A stretch of 42,207 bases of DNA, from contig JBMNNN010000001.1 of NCBI GenBank assembly GCA_050942555.1, positions 1-42,207 on the forward strand. Direction: 5' to 3'. The translations under genes and the position numbers were made by a program. The notes below the pieces were generated by a model. That model was not told where the DNA came from, ran no database searches, and saw nothing but the letters and a program-made list of their open reading frames with translations. This document shows positions 34,379 through 42,207 of this stretch, in pieces. Within the stretch, counting starts at the first letter, position 1. Each line of letters begins with the position of its first letter. Source of the stretch: Christensenellales bacterium (GTDB lineage: Bacteria > Bacillota > Clostridia > Christensenellales > UMGS416).

Positions 34379-34681
34379 ATGAACGCCAGCAGTCCTCCGG
34401 AAGTGGGAACCGTGGTGTACTCCAAGGCAGGCCGGGACGCGGGCCGCTACTTCGTGGTGCTCGAGGTGCTGGACGACCAGCATGTCCTCATCGCCGACGG
34501 AGATCTGCGCAAGGTCTCGAGCCCTAAGAAAAAGAAATTAAAGCATTTGGATATTAAAATGGTATCCATTCCCATTGTGAAGGAAAGAATGAGGGAGAAA
34601 AGCCGGTTGTTTGACTATGATATTCGACAGAATCTTGTCGCTCTGGGGTATGGACCGGACAAGGACGGGCAGGAGAAATAG
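34379..34681 (+). CDS. KOW-domain small RNA-binding protein (YbzG-like, L14E/L6E/L27E-like)
   Basis: [32 protein letters not shown] is a KOW-type motif. Conserved Firmicute slot between map and infA. ATG at 34379 follows AAAGGAG; 34361 is an alternative start. Confidence 0.75.
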   Translation: MNASSPPEVGTVVYSKAGRDAGRYFVVLEVLDDQHVLIADGDLRKVSSPKKKKLKHLDIKMVSIPIVKERMREKSRLFDYDIRQNLVALGYGPDKDGQEK

Positions 34682-34692
34682 GAGGGGAAAGC

Positions 34693-34923
34693 TTGTCTAA
34701 ACAGGATGTCATCGAAGTAGAGGGGACCGTGATTGAAGCCTTTCCGAACGCGATGTTCCTGGTGGAGCTTCCGAATGGACACAACATTCGGGCACACATA
34801 TCCGGAAAGCTCAGGATGAACTATATTCGGATTGTTCCCGGCGATAAGGTTACGATTGAGCTATCGCCATACGACCTGACCCGCGGGCGCATCACGTGGC
34901 GCGGGAAACCCCGCCGGGCGTAA
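34693..34923 (+). CDS. infA: translation initiation factor IF-1
   Basis: [72 protein letters not shown] start follows AGGAGGGG. Confidence 0.96.
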   Translation: MSKQDVIEVEGTVIEAFPNAMFLVELPNGHNIRAHISGKLRMNYIRIVPGDKVTIELSPYDLTRGRITWRGKPRRA

Positions 34924-34947
34924 CCCGGCCAAAAGGAGGCTACAGCA

Positions 34948-35061
34948 ATGAAAGTAAGACCCTCGGTAAAGCCCATCTGCGAGAAGTGTAAGGTCATCAA
35001 GCGCAAGGGGCGCATTCGCGTCATCTGCTCGGTTCCCCGGCACAAGCAGAGACAGGGATAA
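34948..35061 (+). CDS. rpmJ: 50S ribosomal protein L36 (zinc-binding form)
   Basis: Too short for the ORF track and found by hand: [37 protein letters not shown], after AAAGGAGG. Confidence 0.95.
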   Translation: MKVRPSVKPICEKCKVIKRKGRIRVICSVPRHKQRQG

Positions 35062-35179
35062 GCAAGGACCATTGTTCCAGGTCGGCGGGGCGGCTGTCCG
35101 GAACCTGCTCCGTTCCGGAACCCGCATGGCCCGGTTTATATGAATTCATCGAAAATCTGCATGGAGGTGTCTCGGTTCT

Positions 35180-35566
35180 ATGGCTCGTATACAAGGCGTA
35201 GACCTGCCCCGCGACAAAAGAATCGAAGTGGCGCTGACCTACCTGTATGGGATCGGACAGCCCACGGCGACAAAAATCTGCAAAGAAACCGGTATTGATC
35301 CCGATACCCGCGTCAAGGACCTGTCCGAGACCGAGATCGGTCAGATCAGAGCCTATATCGAACAGCACATCAAGGTGGAAGGCGATCTGCGCCGAGAGGT
35401 GGCGATGAACATCAAGCGGCTCATCGAGATCGGCTGCTACCGCGGCATCCGCCACCGGCGCGGGCTGCCTGTGCGCGGCCAGAATACAAAGACCAACGCG
35501 CGCACCCGCAAGGGTCCCAAGCGGTCGGCCGCCACCAAGAAGAAGAAAGCGCAACGCGGAGGATAG
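35180..35566 (+). CDS. rpsM: 30S ribosomal protein S13
   Basis: [26 protein letters not shown]...[34 protein letters not shown]. Confidence 0.98.
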   Translation: MARIQGVDLPRDKRIEVALTYLYGIGQPTATKICKETGIDPDTRVKDLSETEIGQIRAYIEQHIKVEGDLRREVAMNIKRLIEIGCYRGIRHRRGLPVRGQNTKTNARTRKGPKRSAATKKKKAQRGG

Positions 35567-35569
35567 ATT

Positions 35570-35974
35570 ATGGCTAAGACAGCAGCCACAGCAAAGCACG
35601 GGGGTCGCCGCCGCCGTGAGAAAAAGCACATCGAACGGGGAGCGGCCCATATTCGTTCCTCTTTCAATAACACGATCGTGACCATCACCGACGTGCAGGG
35701 CAACGCGATTTCGTGGTCCAGCGCAGGTTCGCTCAATTTCCGCGGATCGCGCAAGAGCACGCCCTTTGCCGCCCAGATGGCCGCCGAAACGGCAGCCCGC
35801 GGCGCGATGGAGCATGGGCTCAAGGTCGTGGACGTATTCGTCAAGGGGCCCGGTTCGGGCCGGGAAGCGGCGATCCGGGCGCTGCAGACGGCAGGACTCG
35901 AGATCGCGATGATCAAGGACGTCACGCCCATACCCCACAATGGCTGCCGTCCGCCCAAGCGCCGCAGAGTCTGA
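35570..35974 (+). CDS. rpsK: 30S ribosomal protein S11
   Basis: [50 protein letters not shown]...[16 protein letters not shown]. Confidence 0.98.
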   Translation: MAKTAATAKHGGRRRREKKHIERGAAHIRSSFNNTIVTITDVQGNAISWSSAGSLNFRGSRKSTPFAAQMAAETAARGAMEHGLKVVDVFVKGPGSGREAAIRALQTAGLEIAMIKDVTPIPHNGCRPPKRRRV

Positions 35975-35997
35975 GTGTTGAGGAGGAACATGAGATC

Positions 35998-36627
35998 ATG
36001 GCTAAATATACGGGATCCGTATGCCGGCTGTGCCGCCGCGAGGGGGCGAAGCTGTTTTTGAAGGGAGACCGCTGCTACAGCGGCAAGTGCTCGTTCAGCA
36101 AGCGGCCGGTTCCCCCCGGACAGCACGGACAGAGCAGAAGGAAGATGTCCGAGTATGGCCTGCAGCTTCGCGAAAAGCAGAAGATGCGCCGCGCATACGG
36201 ACTGCTGGAAAACCAGTTCCGCACCTATTTTGAAAAAGCGCGCCGGCAAAAGGGCGTCAGCACGGGCGAAGCGCTGCTGCAGATGCTCGAAATGCGGCTC
36301 GACAATGTCGCCTACCGGCTTGGGTTCGGAGAGTCCCGCCCGCAGGCGCGCCAGATAGTGCTTCACGGCCATATACTCGTCAATGACCGCAAGGTGAATA
36401 TACCGTCCTACCTTGTGTCGCCCGGGGATACGATTTCCGTCAGGGAGTCGAGCCGGGACATCGAGGTGTTCAAGTCGCTGCGGGAAGGCCCATCCCATAA
36501 TGTACCAAAGTGGCTGGAGCTCAACGCCGACGCGCTGGAGGGAAGGGTACTGCAAAAGCCCGAGCGCGACGACATCGATCTGACCTTGTCCGAGCATCTG
36601 GTGGTCGAGTACTACTCGAAACTGTAA
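35998..36627 (+). CDS. rpsD: 30S ribosomal protein S4
   Basis: [31 protein letters not shown]...[12 protein letters not shown]...[14 protein letters not shown] at 35998 follows GAGGAGGAA. The ORF-track start at 35713 lies inside rpsK. Confidence 0.97.
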   Translation: MAKYTGSVCRLCRREGAKLFLKGDRCYSGKCSFSKRPVPPGQHGQSRRKMSEYGLQLREKQKMRRAYGLLENQFRTYFEKARRQKGVSTGEALLQMLEMRLDNVAYRLGFGESRPQARQIVLHGHILVNDRKVNIPSYLVSPGDTISVRESSRDIEVFKSLREGPSHNVPKWLELNADALEGRVLQKPERDDIDLTLSEHLVVEYYSKL

Positions 36628-36676
36628 GCTTCCAGCGCAGCCTCGACCGACATCCCAACAAGGAGGGTTCAGATAC

Positions 36677-37627
36677 ATGATCGAAATTGAAAAGCCCAAC
36701 ATTGAGTGCGCGGAAATGAGCGACGACAACCGCTACGGCAAATTCGTCATCGAGCCGCTGGAGCGGGGATTTGGAACGACGCTGGGCAACGCACTGCGGC
36801 GCGTGCTGCTCTCCAGCCTTCCCGGCGTTGCGGTCACCTCGGTGAAGATCGAGGGCGTACTGCACGAGTTCTCGACGATTCCCGGCGTAGTGGAGGATGT
36901 AACCGAAATACTGCTCAATCTCAAGGGTCTTTCGGCCGCGCTGCACACGGACAACAAGCCCAAGGTCGTCACGATCAGCGCCAAGGGGCCATGTACCGTT
37001 ACGGCCGACGATATCGCGGCCGACGCCGAGGTCGAGATACTCAATCCCGACATGTATATCGCTACCCTCAACGAGGATGGGTACCTTTACATGGAGATCA
37101 CGCTGGAGAGGGGGCGCGGATACGTGTCGGCCGAGCGCAACAAGCAGCCCGGCCAGGCCATCGGCATCATACCGGTGGACTCGATATTCACGCCCATCCG
37201 CAAGGTTAACTTTACCGTCGAAGACACCCGCGTGGGCCAGCAGACCGACTTTGACAAGCTGACGTTGGAGATATGGACCAACGGCTCTGTCCGGCCCGAC
37301 GAGGCGGGGAGCCTTGCGGCCAAGATCATGAGCGAGCATCTGAAGCTTTTCATCGACCTGACGGACGATGTGAGCGATGTCGAGATCATGGTCGAGAAGG
37401 GCGAGGACCGCAAGGAAAAGGTGCTCGAGATGACGATAGAGGAGCTGGACCTCACCGTCCGGTCCTACAACTGCCTCAAGCGCGCGGGCATCAACACCGT
37501 GGAGGAGCTGGTGCAGCGCACCGAGGAAGAGATGATGAAGGTGCGCAACCTGGGCCGCAAATCGCTGGAGGAAGTCGTTCAGAAGCTGGCTGGCCTGGGG
37601 CTGGAACTGGCACGCAACGAAGACTGA
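36677..37627 (+). CDS. rpoA: DNA-directed RNA polymerase subunit alpha
   Basis: [31 protein letters not shown]-terminal domain [24 protein letters not shown]...[12 protein letters not shown]. Confidence 0.98.
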   Translation: MIEIEKPNIECAEMSDDNRYGKFVIEPLERGFGTTLGNALRRVLLSSLPGVAVTSVKIEGVLHEFSTIPGVVEDVTEILLNLKGLSAALHTDNKPKVVTISAKGPCTVTADDIAADAEVEILNPDMYIATLNEDGYLYMEITLERGRGYVSAERNKQPGQAIGIIPVDSIFTPIRKVNFTVEDTRVGQQTDFDKLTLEIWTNGSVRPDEAGSLAAKIMSEHLKLFIDLTDDVSDVEIMVEKGEDRKEKVLEMTIEELDLTVRSYNCLKRAGINTVEELVQRTEEEMMKVRNLGRKSLEEVVQKLAGLGLELARNED

Positions 37628-37643
37628 GGAGGAACATCATCCG

Positions 37644-38156
37644 ATGGCAGGACAACGCAAACTGGGTCGGCCCACCGACCAGAGAATGGCGATATTGCGG
37701 GGCCTGGTAACCGATCTGTTTCAGAACGGCAAGGTGACCACGACGGTTGCCCGCGCCAAGGAAGTGCGCAAAATCGCCGAAAATATCATCACGATCGCGA
37801 TGGACGAGTGCGACAATACCGTCACCGTGCAAAAGACGATCAACAACGTGAAGGATCAGTCGGTCGAGGTCGAGTTCGTCAACGACTCGCCTTCGCGGCT
37901 GGCCGCGCGCCGGCGCATCATGGCGATGATATACGAAGCGCCGATTCCCCGCAAGGAAAAGGAGAGCAAGGAAGACTATGCCGAGCGGACGCAGGACATC
38001 AACCACCCGCTGGTAGAGAAGATATTCCGCGAGATCGCGCCCAAATATAAAAAGCGCGCGCAGGAAATAGGCACAAAGGGCGGATACACGCGCATCCTGA
38101 AGCTGGGTCCCCGCCGGGGCGATGGCGCCGAATCCGTGGTGCTGGAGCTAATCTGA
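37644..38156 (+). CDS. rplQ: 50S ribosomal protein L17 (long form, internal insertion)
   Basis: [37 protein letters not shown]...[25 protein letters not shown]. 170 aa. Confidence 0.96.
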   Translation: MAGQRKLGRPTDQRMAILRGLVTDLFQNGKVTTTVARAKEVRKIAENIITIAMDECDNTVTVQKTINNVKDQSVEVEFVNDSPSRLAARRRIMAMIYEAPIPRKEKESKEDYAERTQDINHPLVEKIFREIAPKYKKRAQEIGTKGGYTRILKLGPRRGDGAESVVLELI

Positions 38157-38186
38157 TACGGAATACCGGTTGACGTTCAGCGTACT

Positions 38187-38229
38187 GGGGACCGGGAGGC
38201 GAACGCTTCCTTGCCGGTCCCTTTGCTTT
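38187..38229 (+). terminator. rho-independent terminator or attenuator after rplQ
   Basis: GGGACCGG (38188-38195) pairs with CCGGTCCC (38214-38221), with an inner imperfect GAGGC/GCTTC helix. Followed by TTTGCTTT. Confidence 0.6.
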
Positions 38230-38255
38230 ACGGCGATGAGGGAGGGGGTGACGTC

Positions 38256-39119
38256 ATGGCCGCGATCATAGAGCTTGCCGATGTCCATCACGCGTACGCG
38301 CAGTACCGGCAGGAGGGAGAGGACATAGTCCGCACACCGGCGATCCAGGGCGTCACGCTGTCTATCGAGGAAGGCTCGTTCACAGCGATCGTAGGCCACA
38401 ACGGATCGGGAAAGTCGACGCTGGCTAAGCATATGAACGCGCTGCTGCTGCCCGACCGGGGCACGGTCACGGTCGCGGGCATATCCACAGCCGACGAAAG
38501 CAGGCTCTGGGACATCCGGCAGACGGTGGGCATGGTGTTTCAGAATCCCGACAACCAGATCGTAAGCTCTATCGTTGAAGAGGACGTCGCGTTCGGCCTG
38601 GAGAACCTGGGCGTACCCCGCGAGCAGATACGCCCGCGGGTCGAGGCTGCTCTTGGCACGGTCGGTATGTCGGAGTACGCGCTCAAGGCGCCCCATATGC
38701 TGTCGGGCGGCCAGAAGCAGCGGGTCGCGATCGCGGGCGTCATCGCGATGCGGCCGCGCGTCATCGTATTTGACGAGTCTACGGCGATGCTGGACCCGAT
38801 CGGGCGCGCGGAGGTGCTGGACACGGCGGTGCGCCTCAATCGTGAGGAAGGTATCACCGTCATATGGATCACCCATTTCATAGAGGAATGCATGGTGGCC
38901 GGGCGCGTCGTCGTGATGTCGGGCGGCACGGTCGACATGGACGGGCCGCCGCTTGCGGTGCTGCGGCAGCGGGAGACGCTGCGCGGGCTCGGCCTGACCG
39001 CCCCGCCCATGCTGGAGCTTTCCGGGCGGCTGCGCGAGGCCGGAGTACCCCTTGCGGGAGATCCATCCACATTGGAGCAGATGACGGAGGCGCTATGGCC
39101 ATTGTTATCGAAAAACTGA
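38256..39119 (+). CDS. ecfA1: energy-coupling factor (ECF) transporter ATPase
   Basis: GHNGSGKST, LSGGQKQRVAIAG, VIVFDEST, ITH. Start reset from 38211 to the ATG at 38256 after GGAGGGGG. Confidence 0.93.
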   Translation: MAAIIELADVHHAYAQYRQEGEDIVRTPAIQGVTLSIEEGSFTAIVGHNGSGKSTLAKHMNALLLPDRGTVTVAGISTADESRLWDIRQTVGMVFQNPDNQIVSSIVEEDVAFGLENLGVPREQIRPRVEAALGTVGMSEYALKAPHMLSGGQKQRVAIAGVIAMRPRVIVFDESTAMLDPIGRAEVLDTAVRLNREEGITVIWITHFIEECMVAGRVVVMSGGTVDMDGPPLAVLRQRETLRGLGLTAPPMLELSGRLREAGVPLAGDPSTLEQMTEALWPLLSKN

Positions 39120-39964
39120 CCCATATCTATATGCCCGGGACTCCGTTTGAGACCGCCGCGCTGCGCGGCGTATCGCTCACGGTGGACGACGGGTCTTTCG
39201 TGGGCATCATCGGCCACACCGGCTCGGGCAAGTCGACGCTGGTGCAGCACATGAACGGGCTGCTGCGCCCGACATCGGGCCGCGTTGTCGTCGAAGGAAT
39301 CGACGTGGGCGCGAAGGGCGCGGATTTGCGCGCGCTCCGGCAGCGGGTGGGGCTGGTGTTTCAGTACCCCGAGCACCAGCTTTTTGAGGAAACGGTGCGC
39401 CGGGACGTGGCATTCGGACCGCGGAATCTGGGACTGCCCGAGGCCGAGGTGGACCGCCGCGTCGACAAGGCGCTCATGTGGGTGGGGCTTGACCCCGATA
39501 AGCTGGCAGACCGCTCGCCTTTCGAGCTGTCGGGGGGACAGCGGCGGCGCGTGGCGCTGGCCGGCGTGCTGGCGATGGAGCCGCGGGTGCTGATTCTCGA
39601 CGAGCCGACCGCCGGGCTGGATCCGGAGGGCCGCTCCGACATGCTTCGTATGATGCGGGAACTGCGCGCGCGCGAGGGCACGACGATACTCATGATCAGC
39701 CATAATATGGACGAGGTCGCGCAGGTCGCCGACCGTGTGCTGGTCATGGCGCACGGCGAGGCGATCCTGTACGATACCCCGGCCAACGTATTCGACGACG
39801 CGCAGCGCCTTCGCGGGCTGGGGCTGGACGTTCCGCTGATGGCGCGCCTGTCGGACGCGCTCAGGCGGCGCGGCGTGGCGGTTCCCAGGGGACTTTTAAC
39901 GCTGGACGCGATGGAGACGTTTATACTGGAGTGCACCGGGAGGGGGGGCCGCGATGCTGGGTAA
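39095..39964 (+). CDS. ecfA2: energy-coupling factor (ECF) transporter ATPase
   Basis: MAIVIEKLTHIY...GHTGSGKST, LSGGQRRRVALAG, LILDEPTAGLD. ATG at 39095 follows GACGGAGG. 25-nt overlap with ecfA1. Confidence 0.93.
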   Translation: MAIVIEKLTHIYMPGTPFETAALRGVSLTVDDGSFVGIIGHTGSGKSTLVQHMNGLLRPTSGRVVVEGIDVGAKGADLRALRQRVGLVFQYPEHQLFEETVRRDVAFGPRNLGLPEAEVDRRVDKALMWVGLDPDKLADRSPFELSGGQRRRVALAGVLAMEPRVLILDEPTAGLDPEGRSDMLRMMRELRAREGTTILMISHNMDEVAQVADRVLVMAHGEAILYDTPANVFDDAQRLRGLGLDVPLMARLSDALRRRGVAVPRGLLTLDAMETFILECTGRGGRDAG

Positions 39965-40796
39965 CATCACGATCGGCCAGTACTTTCCGGGCGAATCGCC
40001 GGTGCACCGGCTGGATCCCCGCACCAAGCTGGTCATCACGTTCGCGTTCGTCGTGCTGGTATTCCTCGTCCGGAGCATCGCGGGGTATGCGGCTGTGTTC
40101 CTCTTTATTGCGGCGACCGCCGCGCTTTCGCGGCTGCCCGTTCGGTATCTTATAAAGGGCCTGCGCCCGCTTTTATACATCATACTCTTTACATTCGTCA
40201 TCAACCTCTTCCTTACGGGGGGAGAGCCGGTCGTGATCACGTGGGGCGGGCGCTCGGTGCCGCTTACGTGGCGGTTCCTGCGCATTACCCGGGAGGGCGT
40301 CCGCATGTCGGTCACGATGGTATTCCGGCTCGTGTTCCTGATACTGGGGACGCAGCTGCTGACGCTGACCACGTCGCCCCTTACGATGACCGACGCGATC
40401 GAGCAGCTGCTGGGGCCGCTCAAGCGCATCCGCTTCCCAGTGCACGAGCTGGCGATGATGATGACGATCGCGATGCGCTTCATACCCACGCTGCTGCAGG
40501 AGACCGACCGCATCATGAAGGCGCAGATGAGCCGGGGCGCCGACTTCGAGAGCGGCAACATCGTGCGGCGCGCGCGCAACATGGTACCGCTGCTCGTTCC
40601 CCTTTTCGTATCGGCGTTCCGCCGCGCGGACGAGCTGGCGCTGGCCATGGAGTCCCGTTGCTACCGGGGCGGACAGGGGCGTACCCGGATGAAGGTGCTC
40701 GCGATGACCCGGCTCGATCTCTACGCGGGGATCGCGGCGCTGCTGCTCACGGCGGCGGTCATCGCCGACAATGTGTGGGGCGGGAGGCTCCCATGA
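39954..40796 (+). CDS. ecfT: ECF transporter transmembrane (T) component
   Basis: GQYFPGESPVHRLDPRTKL. Polytopic. RFIPTLLQETDRIMKAQMSRGADFE...FRRADELALAMESRCY (the two Ala-Arg coupling motifs). Confidence 0.93.
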   Translation: MLGNITIGQYFPGESPVHRLDPRTKLVITFAFVVLVFLVRSIAGYAAVFLFIAATAALSRLPVRYLIKGLRPLLYIILFTFVINLFLTGGEPVVITWGGRSVPLTWRFLRITREGVRMSVTMVFRLVFLILGTQLLTLTTSPLTMTDAIEQLLGPLKRIRFPVHELAMMMTIAMRFIPTLLQETDRIMKAQMSRGADFESGNIVRRARNMVPLLVPLFVSAFRRADELALAMESRCYRGGQGRTRMKVLAMTRLDLYAGIAALLLTAAVIADNVWGGRLP

Positions 40797-41545
40797 ACAT
40801 CCGGCTGACGCTCGAATACGACGGGACGGGCTATGCGGGCTGGCAGCGGCAGGATAACGCCATGACCGTCCAGCAGCGCGTCGAGGAGGCCATCGCGGCC
40901 GTGACCGGAGAGCGCGCGGGCATCGTCGCCGCCGGGCGTACCGACGCCGGGGTCCACGCGCTGGGCCAGGTCTGCCACTTCCATACCGGCTGCACGATAC
41001 CGCCCGGGCGGATCGCCTTCGCGCTGAATGCGCACCTGCCCCCCGATATCCGCGTCACCGAATCGCGGCAGGTTCCCGACGCATTCCATGCCCGGTACGA
41101 CGCGCGGGGCAAGCATTACCGGTACACGCTGTTCGTCCGGCCCGTCGCTCCGGCGCTGGAGCGCGGCAGGGTATGGCACATCCCCGTAGCCCTCGACGCC
41201 GCGGCGATGACGCGCTCTGCCGCGCACTTTGTGGGCGAGCATGATTTTTCGGCGTTCATGGACGCCGGAAGCCCGGTAAAAAGCGCGGTACGCACGCTGA
41301 CCCGGGCAGACGTAACCGTGCGGAGAAACCATATTCTATTCGATTTCGAGGGAACCGGTTTCCTATACCGGATGGTGCGCATCATCGCGGGGACGCTCGT
41401 CGAGGTCGGACAGGGCAAGCGCGACGCGGACTCCATCCCCGAGCTGCTCAGGGACGGCGACCGCAGCCGCGCCGGGGTCACCGCCCCGGCCCGCGGGCTG
41501 TGCCTTATGCGGGTTTACTACGACGGGGACAAATTGCGTGACTAA
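40793..41545 (+). CDS. truA: tRNA pseudouridine(38-40) synthase
   Basis: MNIRLTLEYDGTGYAGWQRQ...AAGRTDAGVHALGQV...GTGFLYRMVRIIAGTL. ATGA overlap with the ecfT stop. The ORF-track start at 40241 lies inside ecfT. Confidence 0.95.
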   Translation: MNIRLTLEYDGTGYAGWQRQDNAMTVQQRVEEAIAAVTGERAGIVAAGRTDAGVHALGQVCHFHTGCTIPPGRIAFALNAHLPPDIRVTESRQVPDAFHARYDARGKHYRYTLFVRPVAPALERGRVWHIPVALDAAAMTRSAAHFVGEHDFSAFMDAGSPVKSAVRTLTRADVTVRRNHILFDFEGTGFLYRMVRIIAGTLVEVGQGKRDADSIPELLRDGDRSRAGVTAPARGLCLMRVYYDGDKLRD

Positions 41546-41579
41546 ACCCGCGCCGCGGCAGATGCGGGGCAACGGGTTT
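41544..41579 (+). terminator. imperfect stem-loop directly after truA (possible terminator)
   Basis: AAACCCG (41544-41550) pairs with CGGGTTT (41573-41579). Inner helix CCGC/GCGG. The T-run is part of the stem, so the signal is weak. Confidence 0.35.
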
Positions 41580-41639
41580 AAGTCGGTATCCGCGGCAGGC
41601 GCTAGAATCAATACCAGTAAAAAAATAGCATACGGGAAA

Positions 41640-41659
41640 AGGCGGTTTACGAACCGCCT
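41640..41659. terminator. stem-loop terminator, best oriented for the minus-strand small ORF
   Basis: AGGCGGTT (41640-41647), loop TACG, AACCGCCT (41652-41659). On the minus strand it is followed by TTTTCCCGTATGCTATTTTTTT. On the plus strand only GCTTTGGG follows. Confidence 0.5.
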
Positions 41660-41706
41660 GCTTTGGGAAGCGATAGATATGCGGCAGCCGTCAGGCTGCG
41701 ATCGCA

Positions 41707-41925
41707 TCAGGACTGATCGGTGGGCTGCTCCGGAGCCGTTTGCTCCCTGGATCTGCGCTGCACGCGCGCGACGGCCTCATCATGGGCGCGGATCGTGCTC
41801 AGATACACGCGGTATCGAGCCGACGGCGTTTTATTGCTCCCGGCCATGTCTTCGGGAGACGGATCTTGCGGCGGATTCTGCGGCGGCATGTTCGAACCGA
41901 TCGGACGACGGGGACCCAGGCGCAT
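41707..41925 (-). CDS. hypothetical small protein (72 aa, Pro-rich N-terminus)
   Basis: ORF 41707..41937(-). ATG at 41925 lies 5 nt after GGTGA of GAAGGATGGTGA. Third codon positions are mostly G/C, like neighbouring genes. Two hairpins follow it downstream. I recognise no family, and plus-strand ORFs overlap it. Confidence 0.4.
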   Translation of the reverse strand: MRLGPRRPIGSNMPPQNPPQDPSPEDMAGSNKTPSARYRVYLSTIRAHDEAVARVQRRSREQTAPEQPTDQS

Positions 41926-41980
41926 AGCGATCACCATCCTTCATAACAGTGTATGCGCCCTGCCCGAAAAATAAACTGGT

Positions 41981-42207
41981 TTATTCAGCGCCGGACTTCA
42001 CCTTGCTGCGGTAATAATTCATCAGGCACCCCCGCAGCAGGATGTCCCGCTCGTCTTTTGTCAGGCCCGACAGCATGAGCTTTATAGGGCGCGCGCCGCT
42101 CTTCGTGAGGATCAGCGCGGCGATCTCCTCGGCGCCGTCGGCTACCGATGCGGCGATGCCCGGCAGATACAGCCAGTCTCCCGGCGCGAGATCGGGCGTC
42201 TCGGCGA
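41981..42207 (-). CDS. hypothetical protein, C-terminal fragment (5' end outside window)
   Basis: Open reverse frame from the window edge to the TAA at 41983-41981: ...DWLYLPGIAASVADGAEEIAALILTKSGARPIKLMLSGLTKDERDILLRGCLMNYYRSKVKSGAE. GC3-rich. Family not recognised. Confidence 0.55.
   Translation of the reverse strand, partial: AETPDLAPGDWLYLPGIAASVADGAEEIAALILTKSGARPIKLMLSGLTKDERDILLRGCLMNYYRSKVKSGAE

Noticed and set aside
35140-35149. Perfect 10-bp palindrome ATGAATTCAT in the rpmJ-rpsM spacer
   Set aside because: It is short, AT-rich and isolated, so a chance occurrence is likely. No second copy or partner half-site is present.
39095-40796. Gene overlaps in ecfA1/ecfA2 (25 nt), ecfA2/ecfT (11 nt) and ecfT/truA (4 nt)
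   Set aside because: This is the standard translational-coupling arrangement of the ecfAAT-truA cluster in Bacillota and shows no sign of frameshifting or recoding.
41538-41974. Plus-strand ORFs downstream of truA (129 aa at 41538-41927, 84 aa at 41720-41974, 68 aa at 41740-41946)
   Set aside because: They run through three hairpin or terminator structures, lack SD sequences and give Arg/Cys/Ala-rich translations. The minus-strand 72-aa frame has the better start context and codon bias, though it remains low-confidence itself.

Overview
Visibly GC-rich chromosomal segment (G/C-dominated third codon positions) with gene order typical of Bacillota, most likely a high-GC member of the Clostridia. 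About 32 kb (9.6-41.5 kb) is the conserved, single-strand transcription/translation superoperon: rpoB-rpoC, an L7Ae-family gene, rpsL-rpsG-fusA-tuf, the S10 block (rpsJ to rpsQ), the spc block (rplN to rplO, then secY-adk-map-KOW protein-infA-rpmJ), the alpha block (rpsM-rpsK-rpsD-rpoA-rplQ), and finally ecfA1-ecfA2-ecfT-truA. Almost every gene has an AGGAGG-type Shine-Dalgarno sequence. Several ORF-track entries are N-terminally over-extended, so I re-set their starts. rpmJ (L36) and the truncated first gene are missing from the track and were found by hand. The left ~9.5 kb is less conserved. It holds a truncated sugar-phosphate isomerase/epimerase, a coiled-coil lipoprotein, a four-gene ABC-2 / GldG-like / DUF4340 cassette, an SH3b-anchored membrane protein, dusB and a convergent galE. 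I found no rRNA, tRNA, CRISPR array, transposase, integrase, phage or recognisable defence genes. I also found no convincing previously undescribed multi-gene system. The best candidate for unknown biology is the orphan ABC-2/GldG/DUF4340 envelope cassette and its neighbours. Second-tier items are structured untranslated leaders and spacers upstream of rpoB, the L7Ae gene, rpsG, rpsJ and rpsM, plus lineage-specific insertions in RpoC and L17. The many long antisense ORFs in the track are stop-codon-depletion artefacts of the GC-rich sequence. All family assignments rest on my reading of the translations and of motifs; no database search was possible.
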